64,000 nucleotides of DNA from Balneolaceae bacterium. Lineage in GTDB: Bacteria > Bacteroidota > Rhodothermia > Balneolales > Balneolaceae. The notes below the pieces were generated by a model. It made no database searches. It was not told where the DNA came from and saw nothing but the letters and a program-made list of their open reading frames with translations. This document shows, piece by piece, positions 56,876 through 64,000 of this stretch. The first letter of the stretch is position 1. Each line of letters opens with the position of its first letter. The stretch spans positions 1,634,976-1,698,975 of the forward strand of contig CP051242.1 in NCBI GenBank assembly GCA_017795005.1, written 5' to 3'. Both the position numbers and the translations under genes were made by a program.

Positions 56876-59800
56876 ATGATGAGAATCTTTTTCTTTTTTT
56901 CCATTCTTTTAATAGGATTAATTCCTTTCATCAGCGTGAACGCTCAGGATTCTTCCTTAGTAGCATATTACCCATTTAGTGGAGGAGTGACTGATTCCAG
57001 TGGGTTTGGTTTTACAAATGAGGGCGAAATCTACGGTGGTTTGTCTTCAACAAATGATAGATTTGGAAATGAAGGCAGTGCCTACAAGTTTGATGGAGTA
57101 GATGATTACATTAACACCAATACAACATTTGATTTCCCCGATAGAACCACCTCTTTTTGGTTCAAAGCTGATTTCGCTGGGATAATAAGTGGTGAAACGC
57201 AGTTAATAATTAATCAGGATTCCCATAATCTTATCAATGGTGCATTAAGTGTGTCATTAACTGGGTCTTCTCTCCAACTATCAGAGGGATTTGGAAACAG
57301 CAGGCACATCTATAATAATATTGTTGCAAACAAATGGTATCACATTACACTTGTTCGTAAGGATAGTATTGCAAACTATTATTTGAATAACGAATTGCTT
57401 GTAAGTATTGAGTCAGGAAAGGTAGGAAGTTCATTTGACCCTAACGAAACCCTATTATTTGGGGTTAGTAGAAAAAAAAATAATAGTTTTTTCCATGGAT
57501 TAATCGATGATATGCGAATCTACAACTATGCAATCTCAGATTCAGCAATCTCAGAATTATATTTCGAAAAAGGCTGGCCGGAAACAGAATATGTTATCCC
57601 GGATACCTTAGTTGCTCATTATCCATTCACAGGAAACGCACTTGATTCCAGTGGTTTTGGAAATAATGGGGAAGTTCTTGGAGCAAATTTAACACGTGAT
57701 CGCTTTGGTAATGAAAATAGTGCCTATGAGTTTGATGGGATTGACGATTACATAAATACGAATGCAACCTTTGATTTTAAAAACAGATCAGTTTCAGTTT
57801 GGGTAAAACTAAATATTAAAGGCTTTGAGAATCAGGCTATTCTGGATCAGGACTCAAATACATCAGAGTACGGAGCATTTGGGGTATATCAAGGTGGAGA
57901 GGTATTTAGATTTAGAGAAGGAAATACCGAAGATGATTGGGAACAGGATATTGAAGTCGGTAAATGGTACCATTTGGCAATGATCCGGGAAGATTCTTTA
58001 GTTCGGGGTTATTTAAACGGGGAGCAAATTGGGGTTGGAGTCGCCGATAAAACAGGAAGTGGATTTGAAATAAATGAACATCTAATTATAGGAGCAAATA
58101 GATCTTATAGTCTTAATTTTAATGGCGTAATAGATGATATACGAATCTACAACTATGCAATCTCAGATTCAGCAATCTCAGACTTATATTCCGAAAAAGG
58201 GTGGCCGGAAACAAAATGGGTACTTCCTGATACTTTAGTCGCCTATTATCCCTTTAGCGGAAATGCTCAAGACTCTAGTGGTTTTAGCAATAATGGAGAG
58301 GTATTTGAAGCAACACTTACCCGTGATAGATTTGGAAATGAAAATAGTGCGTACAAGTTCGATGGCATTGGTAATTATATTGATGTTGCTCATAATGAGG
58401 TATTTAATTCTGAAGCAAAAACGGTTTCATTTTGGTTTAAAAAAGAGTCAAATGAAATTGGTGAATCCTCAGGGTTATTTATGGAAGGACTTGTTTGGAA
58501 AGCATTTGATACTGGGTATAGCCGAGATTATAGTTTTTCAATAGAAAATATCAGCTCACCATTCGATATTTATAATAATGTTGGAAATGGAACAGATGAA
58601 CTTTTGACTAACCGAATTGAAGATGGCATTAAGCCATATACCTGGTATCATGTAGTAGGTATTATTGATTCAACGAAATCGGATCTGTACATAAATGGAG
58701 AATTTGTACAAAGTGTGGAAAAAAATTGGGGTAAATCATTTTCTAATTCCCCAATCACAATTGGAAGGGCATCTTTAAATTCAAAGTTTGATCGCTATTT
58801 CAAAGGTACAATTGATGATCTTAGTTTTTATAACTACTCGCTTAGTGATTCTTCCATAAAGAAACTGTACCATGATAAAGGTTGGCCGGAAACAGAATAT
58901 GTTATCCCGGACACCTTAGTTGCTCATTATCCATTCACCGGTAATGCATCAGACTTTAGTGGGTTTGAGAATCATGGTGAAGTTTTTGGAGCAACATTAA
59001 CCCGAGATCGTTTTGGCAATGAGAATAGTGCCTATGATTTTGACGGTAACCACGATTTTATTAAAGCAGGAACTTCGGAAACCCTCACAATTAGAGGAGA
59101 CCTTACTCTTAGTTTTTGGTTTAAAACATATAGCTTTAATGCAGCTACTTCAGGTATAATTACCTATCAGGGAAGTAATGAAGATGAGATAGAGAGAAAC
59201 GCTTTATATAAAATTAATTTTCCTGGAGAAAACATATTTAACTATAACCATGAAGGCGAAAATGCAAGTAAGAATCCATTTCGGTTCGAAAATACTAAAC
59301 TTCAAAGTAATAAATGGTATTACATCGCTCTAACAAGAGATACCACAAATAAAACCTTAAAGTTATACGTGGATGGTGTACTTGCAGATTCTGGATCTTT
59401 TAGTACGGTTCCTTTTGGAGGTGAGTTTTCCAGTTTAAGAATAGGAGAAAACCATGGAACGACACTTTCAGATAGGTTTTTTAATGGTATTCTGGACGAT
59501 ATAAGAATTTATAATTATACATTATCCGACTCAACAATCTCAGATTTTTATAGTGAAAATGGCTGGCCTGAAACGGAATGGGTACTCCCTGATACTTTGG
59601 TTGCCTATTATCCATTTGATGGAAACACTGAGGAATTAAGCGGGTTTGGAAATAATGGATCTGCATATGGTGTTTCACCTACAGTAGACAGGTTTGGAAA
59701 CCTTGATGGTGCTTTAAAATTTGATGGTCGTGCTGACTTAATTAACACTAATACATCTTTTGACTACCCCGAAAGATCGGTTTCTATTTGGGTAAAACCA

Positions 59801-61201
59801 GATAAAGCTGATTCAGCAGCTGAATCACAGATAATATTGAATCAGGATTATCACCCACATCGATTTGGTGCATTTGGTTTATCCCTAACAAGAGGGCAAT
59901 ACCGGTTTAAAGAAGGAGATACAGAGCCCGAATGGGGAGTTAATGCTTCAACCTCAAAGTGGACGCATATTGTGATGGTTAGACAGGATACAATGGTAAG
60001 AGGGTACATAAACGGAGAATTAGTTGGTTCCGGTTTGGCAGACTCTAATGCCAGTAAAACCAATCCTAATCCAACCCTTTTGGTTGGTACATCCAGATTA
60101 TTTGATCGACATTTTGATGGAGATATGGATGATTTACGTATATATAACTATGCCATTTCAGACTCAGCTATTTCCAATTTATATACCGAAAGAGGATGGC
60201 CAGAAACCGGATGGAATGCCTCAGATACATTAGTAGCCTATTATCCCTTTACAGGAAATGCCTATGACTCCAGCGGTTTTGAAAATCATGGAGAAGTACT
60301 CGGTCCTATTCTTACAAAAGATAGGTTTGGGAACGAGAATGCAGCATATGAGTTTGACGGAGTTGATGACCTTATTAATTTTGGAAATGATATATCTCTT
60401 GATATTGCAGGAGAGCTTACACTATCGGTTTGGGCAAAAGGTAAGGGTCCATCAACAGCGGTCACATCTCTGATTGGAAAAACTTCTCTGGAAGTAAATG
60501 ATGGTGGAGGAATTGCACCTTTTGGTATAGCATTAGATGATGGAGATCGGTTGTATACTTACATTGAAAATGGTAATGAAAATGCTTCTTTACTAATTGA
60601 AGGGTTAACAACAAATCCGGATGAATGGACACATTATGTTAGCGTGTTTAAACCAGATGAGTACCTAAAGATTTTTCGAAACGGTGAGCTTCTGGATAGA
60701 TTGATTGCAGATGTTCCTTCTGAAATTGAAAGTTCTACCAGACCCCTTATTGCCGGAGCAAGATCCAATGCTGGTAGCCAAAATTTAATTTTTTATTTTG
60801 ATGGGGTTCTTGATGACATAAGAGTGTACAGCAAAGCTCTTACAGACACGCTTGTTAAAGAATTGTATAAAGAAAATGGTTGGCCGGCTTCTGCAGATAC
60901 AACTCTCATTTCAAATGAAAATGAACTGGAAATTCCAGATGAGTTTAATCTTTATCAGAATTACCCTAATCCGTTTAATCCTAGTACCATAATTAAATAT
61001 GATCTGTCGGAATCAGGATTTGTTTCATTGAGAGTTTATGATATAACAGGAAGACTAGTCGCCGTCTTAATAGATGAAAATAAACCTGCAGGTAGATATG
61101 AGTTTTCTTTCCATGCTAATGGACTATCATCCGGTATTTATTTCTATTCACTTAAAACACATTCATATTCTTCAATCGGGAAATTTACTCTGATAAAATA
61201 G
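56876..61201 (+). CDS. secreted protein with six LamG/concanavalin-like repeats and a T9SS C-terminal sorting domain
   Basis: 1441 aa with a signal peptide. Six units of about 210-227 aa each begin LVA(Y/H)YPF.GN and end DD(I/M)RIYNY.(I/L)SDS.IS.LY.EKGWPET. The C-terminus is NYPNPFNPSTIIKYDL...GIYFYSLK. Confidence 0.85.
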   Translation: MMRIFFFFSILLIGLIPFISVNAQDSSLVAYYPFSGGVTDSSGFGFTNEGEIYGGLSSTNDRFGNEGSAYKFDGVDDYINTNTTFDFPDRTTSFWFKADFAGIISGETQLIINQDSHNLINGALSVSLTGSSLQLSEGFGNSRHIYNNIVANKWYHITLVRKDSIANYYLNNELLVSIESGKVGSSFDPNETLLFGVSRKKNNSFFHGLIDDMRIYNYAISDSAISELYFEKGWPETEYVIPDTLVAHYPFTGNALDSSGFGNNGEVLGANLTRDRFGNENSAYEFDGIDDYINTNATFDFKNRSVSVWVKLNIKGFENQAILDQDSNTSEYGAFGVYQGGEVFRFREGNTEDDWEQDIEVGKWYHLAMIREDSLVRGYLNGEQIGVGVADKTGSGFEINEHLIIGANRSYSLNFNGVIDDIRIYNYAISDSAISDLYSEKGWPETKWVLPDTLVAYYPFSGNAQDSSGFSNNGEVFEATLTRDRFGNENSAYKFDGIGNYIDVAHNEVFNSEAKTVSFWFKKESNEIGESSGLFMEGLVWKAFDTGYSRDYSFSIENISSPFDIYNNVGNGTDELLTNRIEDGIKPYTWYHVVGIIDSTKSDLYINGEFVQSVEKNWGKSFSNSPITIGRASLNSKFDRYFKGTIDDLSFYNYSLSDSSIKKLYHDKGWPETEYVIPDTLVAHYPFTGNASDFSGFENHGEVFGATLTRDRFGNENSAYDFDGNHDFIKAGTSETLTIRGDLTLSFWFKTYSFNAATSGIITYQGSNEDEIERNALYKINFPGENIFNYNHEGENASKNPFRFENTKLQSNKWYYIALTRDTTNKTLKLYVDGVLADSGSFSTVPFGGEFSSLRIGENHGTTLSDRFFNGILDDIRIYNYTLSDSTISDFYSENGWPETEWVLPDTLVAYYPFDGNTEELSGFGNNGSAYGVSPTVDRFGNLDGALKFDGRADLINTNTSFDYPERSVSIWVKPDKADSAAESQIILNQDYHPHRFGAFGLSLTRGQYRFKEGDTEPEWGVNASTSKWTHIVMVRQDTMVRGYINGELVGSGLADSNASKTNPNPTLLVGTSRLFDRHFDGDMDDLRIYNYAISDSAISNLYTERGWPETGWNASDTLVAYYPFTGNAYDSSGFENHGEVLGPILTKDRFGNENAAYEFDGVDDLINFGNDISLDIAGELTLSVWAKGKGPSTAVTSLIGKTSLEVNDGGGIAPFGIALDDGDRLYTYIENGNENASLLIEGLTTNPDEWTHYVSVFKPDEYLKIFRNGELLDRLIADVPSEIESSTRPLIAGARSNAGSQNLIFYFDGVLDDIRVYSKALTDTLVKELYKENGWPASADTTLISNENELEIPDEFNLYQNYPNPFNPSTIIKYDLSESGFVSLRVYDITGRLVAVLIDENKPAGRYEFSFHANGLSSGIYFYSLKTHSYSSIGKFTLIK

Positions 61202-61266
61202 AAGCTATTTGCCTTTAATCTGATTCTTTAGTGTATTAATAAGTACTTAAAATTAGAGGAGGTACC

Positions 61267-61728
61267 ATGGTAATCAGTTATAAAGCAGCTCAAAAGCAAC
61301 CGGAAAAATACACTGATCAGGCTATTCTGGCTAAGGACTTCATGACCCGAAAGCTAATTTCATTTAGTCCAAGACAGCCATTGAATGAAGTAATTCAGAT
61401 TTTAATTACTAAGGGTATTTCAGGTGGTCCTGTACTTGATGAAAATGGAAATCTGATTGGCGTCATTTCTGAGGGAGATTGCCTTAAACAAGTGGTTCGA
61501 GGTAAATACAATAACAGTCCTGAAATGATGGGAGTTGTAGAAGATTACATGACAGCCGACCCCGTTACAGTTGGACCTAGTGAAAACATCTTCGAAATAG
61601 CACGGTTATTTCTGAAACTAAGACTTCGGCGATTTCCGGTGTTAGATAACGGTAAGCTGGTTGGGCAGATTAGTCAAAGAGATGTAATGGAGGCTATTCA
61701 GGATTTGAAAAACGAAACCTGGCATTAG
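61267..61728 (+). CDS. CBS-pair domain protein
   Basis: 153 aa with two CBS motifs (GISGGPVLDENGNLIGVISEGD; RRFPVLDNGKLVGQISQRD). Confidence 0.85.
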   Translation: MVISYKAAQKQPEKYTDQAILAKDFMTRKLISFSPRQPLNEVIQILITKGISGGPVLDENGNLIGVISEGDCLKQVVRGKYNNSPEMMGVVEDYMTADPVTVGPSENIFEIARLFLKLRLRRFPVLDNGKLVGQISQRDVMEAIQDLKNETWH

Positions 61729-62699
61729 CCTTCTTTTCTCTCGTAATACTGAAATGCATCTATGATATCGAGGTAAACTCCGTCAAAGCCGGAATCCAGA
61801 ATTTTTTGAAGGAATGAGTCATCATTCCCCAAAATGATTTCTTTCCATGAATCCATCCAGTATTTAACCTTGTAATTACCTTCCCAATTAGGATTCTCAT
61901 CACCCAGCCATTCTGGAGCATGTTGATTCCATTCCTCTTGCCAGTAATATCGGTAATCTTCGGCTTCACCAATACTCATATAGCTAATGATAAGTCTATG
62001 CGAGCCATCAGCTTTACTTTTTATTGATATGATGTCTTCTTTCGATAGTAGCTCTCCCATATAGAAAGCATCGATAATTACAACCCCGTAATTAGTTGCT
62101 GCAATTTCAGATAAAAACTCTTCTTTAGATTCATACTCTCCCGGATTTAGTAAGTAGAGGAAATTTTCTGTATCCCTTAACCTTCGAACCGGATCATTAT
62201 TTTCGTCAATAATTTCTTCAGGATATCCGGCTACTTGATCTAATTCTCTGCTGTCAGCAGCATATGATATATAACCTTTTTCTTCATTCAAGGTATATGA
62301 TGAATCCATCTTGGAAGGATCGGAAGTATAGTCTGTAACTAAAATAGTTTTCCCGGATTTTTTTGCTAAATCCAGATAAAACTCAAGATAATCCGTAAGG
62401 TCATCAGGAGTAGGGATATCATCTCCATAACTTCCATAATACAAACTTTCCTGTCCCAGCCCATCTATCGCATCTAGATAATCTTTGTCAGGTTTACCAT
62501 CCCATTTGCCATTATCAGAAACCAATTGAATACCATTTTGAGGAATTACAATAAAATTCGGATTCTGATTTCTTCCATATTCAGAAATCTCCTGAACAAA
62601 ATTTCTCATCTCTTGCTGATAATCTATTTCATCCACACTTTGACTACAGGCTGAGATAGTAGAGAAGAAAAAAATTACTGCAAAATGAAACGATTTCAT
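61725..62699 (-). CDS. GH114-like / MJ1477-TM1410 family putative glycoside hydrolase (endo-alpha-1,4-polygalactosaminidase-like)
   Basis: 324 aa with a signal peptide, YMSIGEAEDYRYYW and GFDGVYLDIIDAF motifs. It has a 4-nt convergent overlap with the CBS gene. Confidence 0.72.
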   Translation of the reverse strand: MKSFHFAVIFFFSTISACSQSVDEIDYQQEMRNFVQEISEYGRNQNPNFIVIPQNGIQLVSDNGKWDGKPDKDYLDAIDGLGQESLYYGSYGDDIPTPDDLTDYLEFYLDLAKKSGKTILVTDYTSDPSKMDSSYTLNEEKGYISYAADSRELDQVAGYPEEIIDENNDPVRRLRDTENFLYLLNPGEYESKEEFLSEIAATNYGVVIIDAFYMGELLSKEDIISIKSKADGSHRLIISYMSIGEAEDYRYYWQEEWNQHAPEWLGDENPNWEGNYKVKYWMDSWKEIILGNDDSFLQKILDSGFDGVYLDIIDAFQYYERKEG

Positions 62700-62762
62700 C
62701 CGTATGATTTGGTAGTTTAAGAGATATTAATACCTTCAAAAAAAGAAATTTAACGAAAAATA

Positions 62763-64000
62763 TTGCAATACACTTTCGAATCTGCTCTTCAGAATTTAAA
62801 AAATTATTGGGGGTACCCCGATTTCAGATCTGGTCAGGATGAAGTGGTTCAGTCTGTTCTTGAAGGAAAGGAAACGGTTGTATTTTTCCCAACGGGTGGA
62901 GGGAAGTCACTTTGCTATCAGGTTCCAGCTACCGTTTTTGAAGGTCTCACGCTGGTTATATCCCCATTGGTAGCTTTGATGCAGGATCAGGTTCAGCAAT
63001 TGAAGGAAAGGGGAGTTTCAGCAACATTCATAAATAGTACTATACCAAATTATGAAGTTGAGCAACGTCTGGTGAATGCCAGAAATGGGATGTATAAATT
63101 ACTTTATTGCGCACCCGAACGTCTGGGAACACATCTTTTTCAAGCCGAATTGGAAAAACTGAATATTCAACTTATAGCAATCGATGAAGCACATTGTATT
63201 TCGGAGTGGGGACATGATTTCAGACCTGCTTACCGGGAAATAAAAAAACACCTTGAACCAATTGCATCCCAAAGCCGTTGGATTGCACTTACTGCAACAG
63301 CCACGCCTGAGGTAAAGGAAGACATTGTCTCAACGCTTGCTTTCGATAAGCCGAATATTATCTCAAAAGGATTTAGCAGACCAAACCTGAAATGGTGGGT
63401 ATTTCGCACAGAAAACAAAAAGGAAAAATTATTTCAATCTGTAAAAAAAGCATCGAAGAAGGGAGATGGATTAATTTATGGTGGAACCCGGAAAAATTGT
63501 GAATTTTGGGCTGATCGATTTTCAAAAAACGGACTAAACGCAGAACCATATCACGCTGGTATTGACAGTGAACTAAGAAAAGAAATACAGGAACGGTGGA
63601 TTACGGGAGAAACACCTCTTGTAGTTGCAACTAATGCTTTCGGAATGGGAATTGATAAACCCAATTGTAGATATGTAATCCACGAAGAGATGCCGTATTC
63701 AATTGAAGCATATTATCAGGAAGCAGGAAGAGCCGGAAGAGATGGAGAAGAAAGTTTCCCGATTCTTTTTTACAGAGACTCTGACTTTGTTAAAGCAGAA
63801 AAAAGGATCGAAGAAAACTACCCAACCTGGGAGCAACTCCAAAAAGTCTATACCATCCTGTGTGATATTCTTATGTTAGCAGTAGGCTCAGAAATGAACG
63901 ATATGGCTCCATTCGAAATAGCAAAAGTACAAAACAGAACGAGACTCCCATTATCAATTTGTACTTCGGCTATTAGGCTTATGGAGCAATTTGGGACTCT
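62763..64000 (+). CDS. recQ: ATP-dependent DNA helicase RecQ (3' end cut by window edge)
   Basis: The frame is open from 62754 to the window end. Motifs FPTGGGKSLCYQ, IDEAHCISEWGHDFRP, TNAFGMGIDKP and YYQEAGRAGRDG. There is no in-frame ATG upstream of motif I, so TTG at 62763 is the best candidate start. Confidence 0.88.
   Translation, partial: MQYTFESALQNLKNYWGYPDFRSGQDEVVQSVLEGKETVVFFPTGGGKSLCYQVPATVFEGLTLVISPLVALMQDQVQQLKERGVSATFINSTIPNYEVEQRLVNARNGMYKLLYCAPERLGTHLFQAELEKLNIQLIAIDEAHCISEWGHDFRPAYREIKKHLEPIASQSRWIALTATATPEVKEDIVSTLAFDKPNIISKGFSRPNLKWWVFRTENKKEKLFQSVKKASKKGDGLIYGGTRKNCEFWADRFSKNGLNAEPYHAGIDSELRKEIQERWITGETPLVVATNAFGMGIDKPNCRYVIHEEMPYSIEAYYQEAGRAGRDGEESFPILFYRDSDFVKAEKRIEENYPTWEQLQKVYTILCDILMLAVGSEMNDMAPFEIAKVQNRTRLPLSICTSAIRLMEQFGT

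Noticed and set aside
56527-56931. 134-aa minus-strand ORF spanning the leuB end and the LamG gene start
   Set aside because: It overlaps two strongly supported plus-strand genes and the intergenic promoter region. No motif was found.
1-64000. Search for tRNA, rRNA, tmRNA, RNase P, transposase or integrase genes in all intergenic regions
   Set aside because: I found no cloverleaf-compatible sequence with conserved GTTCGAATC-type T-arms, no rRNA-like segments, and no DDE or tyrosine/serine recombinase ORFs by eye. A tRNAscan or Infernal run is still needed to be certain.

Overview
This is a 64-kb chromosomal window from an AT-rich bacterium. It most likely belongs to the FCB superphylum, possibly Balneolales/Rhodothermota or an Ignavibacteria-like relative. 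The clues are a type-B sdhCAB operon with a b558-type cytochrome subunit, a T9SS C-terminal sorting domain of the NYPNPFNPST type, PadR/FtsX permease pairs, and GxxExxY cassettes. This placement is by eye only. Most of the window is housekeeping. It holds surE, the yicC-gmk-rpoZ-coaBC cluster, the msrB-glmM-pduO-like cluster, sdhCAB, ilvA, ilvDBNC, leuABCD and the start of recQ. Accessory or unusual content: (1) a carbamoyltransferase followed by an ORF-track-invisible 49-aa ORF and an SxtJ-like membrane protein; (2) a hairpin-bounded GxxExxY (PD-(D/E)XK-like) cassette inserted in the sdhC-sdhA spacer; (3) an AT-rich stretch at 41-45 kb carrying a 480-aa orphan protein with a PD-(D/E)XK nuclease motif, bracketed by palindromic-repeat graveyards; (4) an orphan Imm7-like immunity gene abutting ilvA; (5) a candidate Ile/Val-rich leader peptide plus terminator attenuator upstream of ilvD; (6) a 1441-aa protein with six LamG repeats and a T9SS domain, with near-identical DNA at the repeat junctions; (7) at least three families of short palindromic intergenic repeats, some sitting inside operons. 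I saw no tRNA, rRNA, CRISPR array, transposase or integrase. All family assignments come from motif recognition by eye and need HMM or BLAST confirmation.
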